DNA of 21,425 nt from a virus (Duplodnaviria; Heunggongvirae; Uroviricota; Caudoviricetes), in IMG/VR virus record IMGVR_UViG_2802429219_000008; one strand, 5' to 3'. Below the pieces are notes generated by a model, which was given only the letters and a program-made list of their open reading frames with translations, was not told the DNA's origin and ran no database searches. Position numbers and translations under genes: made by a program. Shown here in pieces: positions 6,683 through 14,422 of this stretch; position 1 is the stretch's first letter; every line of letters begins with the position of its first letter.

Positions 6683-7628
6683 ACGCCCACTGGTTATAAA
6701 CACGCAGCTGGCAATGAAAATCGGCTTAAACGAAGCCATTGTTTTGCAACAACTGCACTACTGGTTGAGAGATACCAACTCCGGTATGGAATGTGATGGT
6801 GTTCGCTGGATTTATAACACAACGGAACAATGGCTGGAACAGTTCCCATTCTGGTCAGAGTCAACGTTAAAGCGCGCGTTTGCAAGTCTGAAAACGCTGG
6901 GGCTTTTGCGTTGTGAAAAGCTCAATAAATCAAAGCGCGATATGACCAATTTCTACACGATCAACTATGGGAGCGAGCTTTTAGATGGTGGCAAATTGAA
7001 CGAATCCATCGGTTCAAAATGCGCCGCTCCATCAGGTCAAAATGACACGATGGAAGAGGTCAAAATGAAACGCTCCATTGGTTCAAAACGACCCAATGTC
7101 ATCGGGTCAAAATGGCCTGATGATCTTACAGAGAATACAACAGAGATTACTACAGAGAATAAAAACACTTTTCGTCCGGAAGCTTCGCAACCGGACCCGC
7201 AGACGACTGAACAGGATTTTTTAACCCGGAACCCCGACGCGGTTGTGTTTAGTGTGAAAAAACGCCAGTGGGGTAGCAGGGAGGATTTGGCGTGTGCGCA
7301 GTGGATTTGGGGGCGGATCGTGAACCTTTACGAACAGGCTGCCAGCGACGATGGAGAGATCATGCGACCAAAAGAGCCTAACTGGACAGCCTGGGCCAAT
7401 GACGTGCGCACAATGCGGATGCTGGATGGCAGAAGCCACAGACAAATTTGCGAAATGTTTGGTCGGGTACAGCGGGATCCATTCTGGGTAAAAAACATCA
7501 TGAGCCCGTCAAAACTCCGCGAAAAATGGGACGAACTGGTCATCCGCCTGGGACGTTCACCTGTACAACGTTGTGTGAATCATATTTCTGAACCGGATAC
7601 AGAAATTCCGCCTGGTTTCAGGGGATAA
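6663..7628 (+). CDS. phage replication initiation protein with DnaT-like C-terminal domain
   Basis: ORF track 6609..7628 (TTG start); the ATG at 6663 (MSLLFAERPLV...) is preferred because it begins just before the upstream gene's stop (6680-6682). C-terminus ...NHISEPDTEIPPGFRG parallels the DnaT C-terminus (...SEPDSQIPPGFRG). Iterons lie inside the gene. Confidence 0.7.
   Translation: MSLLFAERPLVINTQLAMKIGLNEAIVLQQLHYWLRDTNSGMECDGVRWIYNTTEQWLEQFPFWSESTLKRAFASLKTLGLLRCEKLNKSKRDMTNFYTINYGSELLDGGKLNESIGSKCAAPSGQNDTMEEVKMKRSIGSKRPNVIGSKWPDDLTENTTEITTENKNTFRPEASQPDPQTTEQDFLTRNPDAVVFSVKKRQWGSREDLACAQWIWGRIVNLYEQAASDDGEIMRPKEPNWTAWANDVRTMRMLDGRSHRQICEMFGRVQRDPFWVKNIMSPSKLREKWDELVIRLGRSPVQRCVNHISEPDTEIPPGFRG
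7005..7120. repeat. iteron array (putative origin of replication) inside the replication gene
   Basis: Five copies of GG(T)TCAAAA(T/C)G starting at about 7011, 7035, 7058, 7080 and 7104, i.e. 22-24 bp spacing, followed by an A-rich stretch with repeated acagaga. Reflected in the protein as repeated SIGSK/IGSK. Confidence 0.5.
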
Positions 7629-7668
7629 GTGTTGATTTCAGGTCATGAGGTAATTTTAAGGGGGACTT

Positions 7669-8085
7669 GTGGCAAAAGTTTTTACACAAGAAGAGCGGGA
7701 AAAAATTAAAGGGCAGGTGGTGGAACTCGTGCGCCAGAGCGGTCGTGAGACGCTACGGCAACTGGAAGCTAAAACAGGTGCGACAAGATATCTGATGAGC
7801 GTTCTTGCCAGAGAGCTGGTTGCCAGTGGCGATGTATATAACTCTGGCTACGGGTTATTCCCGTCTGAACAGGCACGTAAGGACTGGATAAAGGCCCGCA
7901 AAAAGATGTCGAAAGCAGCAGTGAAAAAAAAGAGCGACCCGGACCTGGTTTATTCATTACCAGACGGAGAAATACGCCGCTACGACAGGCGTCTGAACAT
8001 AATCTGTCGCGAGTGCCGGAAGAGCGAAGTTATGCAGCGTGTACTGGCGTTCTATCAGGGATATTTTCAGGAGGTGATGGAGTGA
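7669..8085 (+). CDS. hypothetical protein (138 aa)
   Basis: ORF track 7669..8085(+). GTG start with AGGGGGA upstream. Protein-like composition with a possible HTH (RETLRQLEAKTGATRYLMSVLARE). Confidence 0.5.
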   Translation: MAKVFTQEEREKIKGQVVELVRQSGRETLRQLEAKTGATRYLMSVLARELVASGDVYNSGYGLFPSEQARKDWIKARKKMSKAAVKKKSDPDLVYSLPDGEIRRYDRRLNIICRECRKSEVMQRVLAFYQGYFQEVME

Positions 8086-8387
8086 GGGTGAGAGTTTATA
8101 TTGCCGGTCCAATGACCGGGTATAAAAATTTCAACCGTGAGGCGTTTCACAAGGCGGAAGAGGAACTGAAACGGGAAGGGCATACCGTCTTAAGCCCGGC
8201 AGTACTTCCGGACGGACTGACACAGCCACACTACATGGATATTTGTATGGCAATGATTCGTTGTGTGGATGCGATTTACATGCTGAAAGGCTGGCAGCGG
8301 TCAGCAGGTGCTAAGGCAGAACTGGCACTGGCGGAGAAGCTGGGGCATGTGGTTATTTTCCAGGAGGCAACCAGTGAGCAAAATTAA
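8082..8387 (+). CDS. DUF4406-like (nucleoside 2-deoxyribosyltransferase-like fold) protein
   Basis: Frame of ORF 8013..8387. Proposed GTG start at 8082, eight nt after AGGAGG (8069-8074) and overlapping the upstream stop. VRVYIAGPMTGYKNFNREAFHKAEEELKREGHTVLSP matches the DUF4406 signature as I recall it. Confidence 0.55.
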   Translation: MRVRVYIAGPMTGYKNFNREAFHKAEEELKREGHTVLSPAVLPDGLTQPHYMDICMAMIRCVDAIYMLKGWQRSAGAKAELALAEKLGHVVIFQEATSEQN

Positions 8388-8700
8388 TTATCAGACGCTA
8401 TTGTTGACTTTGTCGAGAGTAAATTCGGGCAAGACAAGGATATGAAACCGGATAACGTATGTCATGGAGATGCTACTGAAATAATTAGCCATCATTGGGA
8501 GTATGGTTCGCACTACATGAATTAATAGGGGGGAGCTATACACGCAATGTGATGTGAATGTTAATTTGTTAGTGCTGCTTGTTGACCTTATGTTGGTTTT
8601 TGTGGTTGTTTGTAGGTGTCCTGCGATTGGTATTGTGTTTATTTTTTGTGGGGTGAAATGATGATGTATTGTTTTTCTTACTAAGAAATAAGGAATTATA

Positions 8701-9039
8701 ATGGGAATTATTGAAAAGATATTAGCGTTCCAGATAGATCACGATCTATTTTCTTCAGAAGAAGATAAAGTACTGGGTATTGCACGACTGGCTGTTGATA
8801 ATGGTTATAATCACTTAACAGACAGGCAAAAAAATGTGTTGGCGAGTCATTTAACCAAACGTTGTACGGGACATACAGATCTTGGAGGTCATCACAACGA
8901 TTGTAATAGAGAATTATCAGGCGAAAATTTATTAAATGCATACGAGCAATGCGATGATCCCGATGCCTTGCAATGTGAATCTTGCATAAGCGAAGCCTGT
9001 TACGAACGGCATGTGTGGGAGAAAAATTACTCAGACTGA
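8701..9039 (+). CDS. hypothetical Cys/His-rich protein (112 aa) in an AT-rich island
   Basis: ORF track 8701..9039(+). AAGGA Shine-Dalgarno (aataaggaattataATG). Preceded by ~300 bp of AT/GT-rich non-coding DNA. C-terminal half has clustered Cys/His (CTGHTDLGGHHNDC...CESCISEAC). No family recognised. Confidence 0.5.
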   Translation: MGIIEKILAFQIDHDLFSSEEDKVLGIARLAVDNGYNHLTDRQKNVLASHLTKRCTGHTDLGGHHNDCNRELSGENLLNAYEQCDDPDALQCESCISEACYERHVWEKNYSD

Positions 9040-9308
9040 TGGTGCAACTTCATCATCAATGAAATGCAGGCAGATGTGCACATGCTACTTAAAGGACAAA
9101 ATGTTTTGCGGGAAAAGGGAAGTTAAGTAGAATTGCTGCGGGTGCTTGAGGCTATCTGCCTCGGGCATGAACACCAAAGGCAGATAGAGAAAAGCCCCAG
9201 TTAACATTACGCGTCCTGCAAGACGCTTAACATTAATCTGAGGCCAATTTCATGCTAGACACATGTAGGTTAGCCTCTTACGTGCCGGAAGGCAAGGAGA
9301 AGCAGGCT

Positions 9309-9464
9309 ATGAAGCAGCAAAAGGCGATGTTAATCGCCCTGATCGTCATCTGTTTAACCGTCATAGTGACGGCACTGGTAACGAGGAAAGACCTCTGCGA
9401 GGTACGAATCCGAACCGGCCAGACGGAGGTCGCTGTCTTCACAGCTTACGAACCTGAGGAGTAA
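9309..9464 (+). CDS. hokD: Hok-family type I toxin HokD (51 aa); in-frame mok-like extension begins at 9252
   Basis: MKQQKAMLIALIVICLTVIVTALVTRKDLCEVRIRTGQTEVAVFTAYEPEE is recognised as Hok/Gef family. The 70-aa ORF 9252..9464 (MLDTCRLASYVPEGKEKQA + Hok) parallels MokC/HokC. Upstream leader holds a 9-bp inverted repeat (ctatctgcc / ggcagatag). Confidence 0.85.
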   Translation: MKQQKAMLIALIVICLTVIVTALVTRKDLCEVRIRTGQTEVAVFTAYEPEE

Positions 9465-9532
9465 GAGACCCGGCGAGGGAGAAATCCCTCGCCACCTCTG
9501 ATGTGGCAGGCATCCTCAACGCACCCGCACTT

Positions 9533-9564
9533 AACCCGCTTCGGCGGGTTTTTGTTTTTATTTT
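9533..9564 (+). terminator. Rho-independent terminator downstream of hokD
   Basis: CCCGC-TTCG-GCGGG hairpin followed by TTTTTGTTTTTATTTT. A second perfect 9-bp stem with GAAA loop (GGCGAGGGA gaaa TCCCTCGCC, 9472-9493) lies just 3' of the hokD stop. Confidence 0.6.
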
Positions 9565-9680
9565 CAACGCGTTTGAAGTTCTGGACGGTGCCGGAATAGA
9601 ATCAAAAATACTTAAGTAGCGCGCAGGGATAAGAGGGATGGTCCCTTAAAGGGGAGAGCTAATTATCCGGAAGGATTCTG

Positions 9681-9932
9681 ATGATGAACATCGAAGAACT
9701 GCGTAAAATTTTTTGTGAAGATGGCCTCTATGCTGTGTGCGTTGAAAATGGAAATCTTGTTAGTCATTACCGCATTATGTGTTTGCGAAAGAATGGGGCT
9801 GCGTTAATTAATTTTGTGGATGGTCGAGTGACAGACGGATTTATCTTGCGCGAAGGTGAGTTTGTCACTTCATTACAGGCACTGAAAGAGATCGGAATAA
9901 AAGCAGGCTTTTCAGCTTTTGCAGAAGAATAA
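9681..9932 (+). CDS. rem: Rem-like small protein (83 aa)
   Basis: ORF track 9681..9932(+). GGAAGGA Shine-Dalgarno. Recalled as the Qin rem product; position between hokD and ydfU matches Qin. Confidence 0.6.
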   Translation: MMNIEELRKIFCEDGLYAVCVENGNLVSHYRIMCLRKNGAALINFVDGRVTDGFILREGEFVTSLQALKEIGIKAGFSAFAEE

Positions 9933-9998
9933 ACTCATCTACAATCTTGCGCGGGGCTGAACTCCCGCTGAGTAACACCGTGCCACCGGAGAAAACCG

Positions 9999-10277
9999 AT
10001 GGCACGCAACGTAAAATATTACAATTCTGATAATTCGCCCGTTCTTGCCTGCACGCACGAGCGGTATTCTCACGCATTCAAGTCTGAATGGTTCCAGCAC
10101 CCTCCATGCACTGAAGAGCAGGCTGAATGGATAATTCAGTGTTACCGCAGGCGCGGATACGAGGTTAAGAAAGCCCTTAGTCTCGACTACCGTCACTGGA
10201 TAATCTCAGTCAGATTGCCTTACTCCGAACGCCCACCGCGTCCGTCCCGTACATTCCAGCAACGCATCTGGAGGTAA
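9999..10277 (+). CDS. hypothetical protein (92 aa), translationally coupled to the ydfU-like gene
   Basis: ORF track 9999..10277(+). GGAG 7 nt upstream of ATG. Its stop (10275-10277) is 1 nt before the ydfU-like GTG start. Protein-like composition. Confidence 0.45.
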   Translation: MARNVKYYNSDNSPVLACTHERYSHAFKSEWFQHPPCTEEQAEWIIQCYRRRGYEVKKALSLDYRHWIISVRLPYSERPPRPSRTFQQRIWR

Positions 10278-10278
10278 C

Positions 10279-11328
10279 GTGCGGGTATTACTTCGACCTG
10301 TTCTGGTACCGGAACTCGGGCTGGTGGTCGTTAAGCCGGGCCGTGAATCCATGCCGGTATTCCACAATACCCGGGTACTGGTGGAGCCGGAACCGAAAAG
10401 CATGCGTAATCTGCCGTCCGGGGTCGTTCCTGCCGTTCGCCAGCCGCTGGTGGAAGACAAAACATTGCTGCCGTTTTTCAGTAACGCACGGGTAATTCGT
10501 GCTGCTGGTGGTGCTGGTGCATTGTCTGACTGGCTGTTGCGCCATATTAAATCCTGCCAGTGGCCACACGGCGATTATCATCACAGCGAAACCGTTATTC
10601 ACCGTTATGGTACCGGCGCAATGGTGTTGTGCTGGCACTGCGACAACCAGCTGCGTGACCAGACATCCGAATCACTCGAGCAACTTGCTCATCAAAACCT
10701 GTCAGCATGGATGATTGACGTCATCGGTCACGCAATAAGCGGTACGCAGGAGCGTGAATTATCTCTGGCTGAATTATCCTGGTGGGCGGTCCGCAATCAG
10801 GTGGCGGACGCGCTACCGGAAGCGGTATTACGTCGCTCGCTGGGATTACCAGCGGAAAAAAACTGCTCGGTGTACCGCGAAAGCGACATCGTACCGGGAG
10901 AGCAGACCGCCACCAGCATATTGAAACAGCGCACAAAAAATCTTGCACCGTTGCCTCACGCCCACCAGCAACAAAACCCATCACAGGAAAAGACGGTGGT
11001 AAGCATCACCGTTGATCCAGAGTCTCCGGAATCTTTCATGAAGCTGCCTAAACGTCACCGTTGGGTTAAGGAGAAATACACACGCTGGGTTAAGACACAG
11101 CCGTGTGCTTGCTGCGGTATGCCAGCCGACGATCCGCATCATCTGATTGGTCACGGGCAGGGCGGAATGGGAACCAAAGCACATGATCTCTTTGTGTTGC
11201 CTTTGTGCAGAAAGCATCACGACGAGCTGCATGCGAATACCGTGGCATTTGAAGAGAAGTATGGCTCCCAGCTGGAGCTGATATTTCGTTTTATCGATCG
11301 TGCGCTGGCAATAGGCGTACTGGCGTAA
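10279..11328 (+). CDS. ydfU: YdfU-like protein (DUF968; C-terminal Cys/His HNH-like motif)
   Basis: ORF track 10279..11328(+), 349 aa, GTG start after GGAGG. C-terminal PCACCGMPADDPHHLIGHGQGG...LPLCRKHHDELH motif. Sits immediately upstream of Q as in Qin. Confidence 0.75.
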   Translation: MRVLLRPVLVPELGLVVVKPGRESMPVFHNTRVLVEPEPKSMRNLPSGVVPAVRQPLVEDKTLLPFFSNARVIRAAGGAGALSDWLLRHIKSCQWPHGDYHHSETVIHRYGTGAMVLCWHCDNQLRDQTSESLEQLAHQNLSAWMIDVIGHAISGTQERELSLAELSWWAVRNQVADALPEAVLRRSLGLPAEKNCSVYRESDIVPGEQTATSILKQRTKNLAPLPHAHQQQNPSQEKTVVSITVDPESPESFMKLPKRHRWVKEKYTRWVKTQPCACCGMPADDPHHLIGHGQGGMGTKAHDLFVLPLCRKHHDELHANTVAFEEKYGSQLELIFRFIDRALAIGVLA

Positions 11329-11341
11329 GTGGAGAACGAGC

Positions 11342-12094
11342 ATGAACCTTGAAGCTTTACCAAAATATTACTCCCCAAAATCTCCAAAATTGAGTGATGA
11401 CGCACCGGCGACAGGCTCGGGTGGTTTAACAATAACAGATGTGATGGCTGCGCAGGGGATGGTGCAGTCGAAAGCTCCGCTTGGTTTTGCCTTATTCCTG
11501 GCAAAAGTTGGTGTTCAGGATCCTCAGTTTGCGATTGAAGGTCTGCTCAATTACGCGATGGCAATGGATAATCCGACATTGAACAAATTGAGTGAAGAAA
11601 TCCGGTTACAGATCATCCCTTACCTTGTGAATTTTGCCTTTGCTGATTATTCCAGGTCTGCGGCAAGTAAGGCTCGCTGTGAGTATTGTGCTGGTACTGG
11701 ATTTCATAATGTATTGCGCGAAGTGGTGAAACACTCCAGAAGTGGGGAATCTGTTATCAAGGAAGAGTGGGTGAAGGAACTATGTCAGCATTGCCATGGT
11801 AAGGGAGAAGTCAGCACAGCGTGCAGAGGGTGTAAGGGGAAAGGTATTGTCCTGGATGAAAAAAGAACCCGGCTTCATAGCACGCCTGTTTATAAGGTTT
11901 GTGGGCGTTGCAATGGAAACCGGTTTAGTCGTTTACCAACGACACTGGCGCGGTGTCATGTCCAGAAGCTGGTACCAGACCTGACGGATTATCAGTGGTA
12001 CAAAGGATATGCAGATGTCATTGATAAACTGGTTACAAAGTGCTGGCAGGAAGAAGCATATGCTGAGGTGCAATTAAGAAAAGTGACGAGATAA
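11342..12094 (+). CDS. quuQ: late-gene antiterminator Q (phage 82/21-type)
   Basis: ORF track 11342..12094(+), 250 aa. GGAG Shine-Dalgarno. Zinc-finger motifs (CEYCAGTG...CQHCHGKG...CRGCKGKG...CGRCNG). Recognised as the QuuQ-type antiterminator. Confidence 0.85.
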   Translation: MNLEALPKYYSPKSPKLSDDAPATGSGGLTITDVMAAQGMVQSKAPLGFALFLAKVGVQDPQFAIEGLLNYAMAMDNPTLNKLSEEIRLQIIPYLVNFAFADYSRSAASKARCEYCAGTGFHNVLREVVKHSRSGESVIKEEWVKELCQHCHGKGEVSTACRGCKGKGIVLDEKRTRLHSTPVYKVCGRCNGNRFSRLPTTLARCHVQKLVPDLTDYQWYKGYADVIDKLVTKCWQEEAYAEVQLRKVTR

Positions 12095-12855
12095 ATGATT
12101 TTCACCGAACGATGGCGACATAACGATTGTATTTTCTAAGGAAACGTGCAAAGAGTTTTCCAATGATGAGCCTTATATGCATACCGGTGGAAAATATCAA
12201 TAAGCCGCGCAGAGTGGTTTTTTTGTGGACATAAACTTTGTGCAGAACGGTAACCATTATGGTTGCCGTGAATGCAGTTTTTTTACATTGCTGGCTTTTT
12301 TAGATTTGTGTTAGTTATTGATATTAACAAGAAGGGGAAAAGACATGCTAAAACGGCAGGATATGAAGGAAACGGTTATGCGTGAATGTTCCAGTGTGAT
12401 TAACCATATCATCTGGAGAAGCCATCCTGATGCAGGGAAGAGGTAACAGTAACGCGCATCAATCAGGCTGCAAATAAATGGCTTACGCCGGAAATCTGGC
12501 TATCGATGTATTACCGGTTTGTTACCCATGAAGAAAATTAAGGTGATAACGAAACTGATTTTATTGGTGTCTTGTCAGAGTGTTGCGATGAAACTTGTGT
12601 TGGCAGTGCAGGGAAAACAGTAGGATGAAAATTATAAATTGCTTTAAATGAGCTTGATTTTCCTCATGTTATGAGATATTTGTCTTATATTGCTGGTTAA
12701 TTATGAAAATTTTTGTAAATCTACAGCAATAAAATCCATATTAATTAAAGCACTAGATGCGTTTCTGATTTGTGCATGAAACATACATATCATAATGATT
12801 AATTGCATCTATAATTACAGATACAGCATTGTGCTGTTAAAAAACTGGAGTCCCC

Positions 12856-12963
12856 ATGAATACATTATATGTAAGTGATTCAAATGAAAAATCTCATGAC
12901 AGGAATAAAAACAATGAGGATGGTAAGGGTAAGGATAATAAAAAAGACAACCGGAAAGAGTAA
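12856..12963 (+). CDS. micro-ORF (35 aa, K/N/D-rich)
   Basis: Not in the ORF track (too short). ATG at 12856 with GGAG 5 nt upstream; perfect TATAAT at 12810-12815. MNTLYVSDSNEKSHDRNKNNEDGKGKDNKKDNRKE. Speculative. Confidence 0.25.
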   Translation: MNTLYVSDSNEKSHDRNKNNEDGKGKDNKKDNRKE

Positions 12964-12998
12964 ATAATCTTTCCTGCATAAAAATACTAGGGTGGAAT

Positions 12999-13118
12999 AT
13001 GTCAGAACATCCAGATTTTGATGACCGTAAGCCTGATGATGAGCCCGTTGAGCGTCCTGATGAGGGGCAACCATTGAACCCTTTTTCACCGGATGATAAA
13101 AGAGATCCTATTATTTAG
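12999..13118 (+). CDS. micro-ORF (39 aa, acidic/Pro-rich)
   Basis: Not in the ORF track. ATG at 12999 after AGGGTGG. MSEHPDFDDRKPDDEPVERPDEGQPLNPFSPDDKRDPII. Ends 50 nt before a strong intrinsic terminator. Speculative. Confidence 0.25.
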   Translation: MSEHPDFDDRKPDDEPVERPDEGQPLNPFSPDDKRDPII

Positions 13119-13170
13119 ATATAGCAGAATATAGCCGTTTAAAGTAGGTTGTGTTTTGTTGCTATCCTTA

Positions 13171-13199
13171 AACCACCTCCACAGGAGGTGGTTTTTTAC
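13171..13199 (+). terminator. Rho-independent terminator
   Basis: Perfect 10-bp stem AACCACCTCC / GGAGGTGGTT with ACA loop followed by TTTTTT on the + strand. Confidence 0.65.
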
Positions 13200-13254
13200 T
13201 AATGGAACATTAATTGGCAGATGTGATTGTGTACGACTTATGGGAGGCTTAAGA

Positions 13255-13440
13255 TTATTTTCTGCCAATAATAAAACCAAGCGTTAACCCTATGCTTAGA
13301 GCAACCACCACGCTAGTCAGTGGATAATTTCTAAATTTATCTTTAACGTTTTCTTTGCCTCCCTGCAAAGCATCGTCAGCACATGATGCATATTTTTTGA
13401 CAGTATTAACTATTTCGTTTTCAGATTGATTTGAAGTCAT
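13255..13440 (-). CDS. short DUF883-like (ElaB/YqjD/YgaM-type) tail-anchored membrane protein (61 aa)
   Basis: Internal ATG (13438-13440) of ORF 13255..13539(-) with AGGA 9 nt upstream. MTSNQSENEIVNTVKKYASCADDALQGGKENVKDKFRNYPLTSVVVALSIGLTLGFIIGRK; the C-terminus resembles the DUF883 membrane anchor. AT-rich rare codons (ATA, AGA). Confidence 0.45.
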   Translation of the reverse strand: MTSNQSENEIVNTVKKYASCADDALQGGKENVKDKFRNYPLTSVVVALSIGLTLGFIIGRK

Positions 13441-13893
13441 GTTTGAAGTCCTGATGTTAAGTGGCTTTTTAATTATAGCAGATATGCTTTCAATGATAGG
13501 GCGGAGAGTTGTTATTGAGGTGATACTATGACCACTCAATCAACATTACATAAAATGACGTTTACTCCTGTTTGGCACAGTAGCAGAATTTTGCTTCTGC
13601 TACTGAAGTCGCTTTAGCACTAGAATATGCAGATGGATAAAGCAGTTCAGCGTATGTACTGCGTCATGCATATCGGTCTTGCAGATATGACGAGAAGGGG
13701 AGACAAGGTGTGTGTAATGTAGAAGTCTTTAAAGTGCTGTCTGGGATAACTCTATGCTGAAGTGCAATTGATAAAAGTAACACGATAAAGGTTTTTCAAT
13801 GAAGATGGTAACGTGATGCTTGCATTTTTCAAAAAATATGGATAAAATTTTTTCAACGATGGGCTTTGTATACCCGACGTTAAGAAAAAGTAG

Positions 13894-13920
13894 AAAACCC
13901 GCTGATGAGCGGGTTTTGTG
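13894..13920. terminator. bidirectional intrinsic terminator-like hairpin
   Basis: AAAACCCGCT-GATG-AGCGGGTTTT, with T-rich sequence on both strands after the stem. Confidence 0.5.
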
Positions 13921-14209
13921 CTTTAAATGGGGCAATGGTAATGTTGAATCTCATCCCGGGACTCATGTCTGTTAACTTATTATTTAGCTGGTGACTTGGT
14001 TATTTGCCTGATGTTTAAAATGTTTTCTTCCAGTACAATGTCCCTAAACACAATGAGTCTGCTTATTATATTATTAGCAGAGCTATTACGGCCAAAGTAC
14101 AGCATAAGCTTTTAAAGCCAATCAACCAGTCATCAAGACAGACGGGGTTATTCATAAAAACTCTCCATGTGTGATCCGATGGGGCCTGAAATTAAAGCTT
14201 TAATATAGC

Positions 14210-14422
14210 TCATGAAAGGTAAACATTGGCAGCTGAAGGGCCACGCAGACCATTTATCCGGCAAAATTCCACGCGTAATCCGGTGGTAATTTCTTCTGCA
14301 TCGCGGAGATTGAGCGCTGAAACATGAAGCTGGACATCGATACGACCATCGGATGGGGTGATAAGACCCTTGCCGCTTTTGCCGTCAAAGGTTTTGACAA
14401 TTCCTGTCATTTTACGGGACAA
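14210..14422 (-). CDS. cspF: cold-shock protein family member CspF
   Basis: ORF track 14210..14422(-): [70 protein letters not shown]. The annotated start is TTG; an in-frame ATG lies 4 codons in. Divergent from cspB. Confidence 0.8.

Noticed and set aside
6073-7957. ORFs 6073..6306(-), 6328..6618(-), 6512..6739(-), 6694..6885(-), 7221..7445(-), 7328..7543(-), 7769..7957(-)
   Set aside because: Antisense to the dicC, YdaT-like, replication and 138-aa genes; no independent support.
8708-8941. Minus ORF 8708..8941 (77 aa)
   Set aside because: Antisense to the 112-aa Cys/His gene, which has the Shine-Dalgarno and protein-like composition.
9865-11984. ORFs 9865..10077(-), 9939..10196(-), 10206..10460(-), 10288..10638(-), 10499..10714(+), 10721..10984(-), 10782..11015(+), 10981..11343(-), 11217..11504(-), 11796..11984(+)
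   Set aside because: Shadows inside or antisense to rem, the 92-aa gene, ydfU and Q; products junk-like.
12880-13280. Minus ORFs 12880..13089 (hydrophobic C-terminus) and 13086..13280
   Set aside because: No ribosome-binding site. The hydrophobic tail is what antisense translation of a K/N-rich + sequence produces. Kept only as an alternative to the + micro-ORFs, which have Shine-Dalgarno sequences.
13441-13539. 94-aa long form of the DUF883-like ORF (start at 13539)
   Set aside because: The upstream 33 codons have no ribosome-binding site, whereas the internal ATG at 13440 is preceded by AGGA and yields the family-typical architecture.
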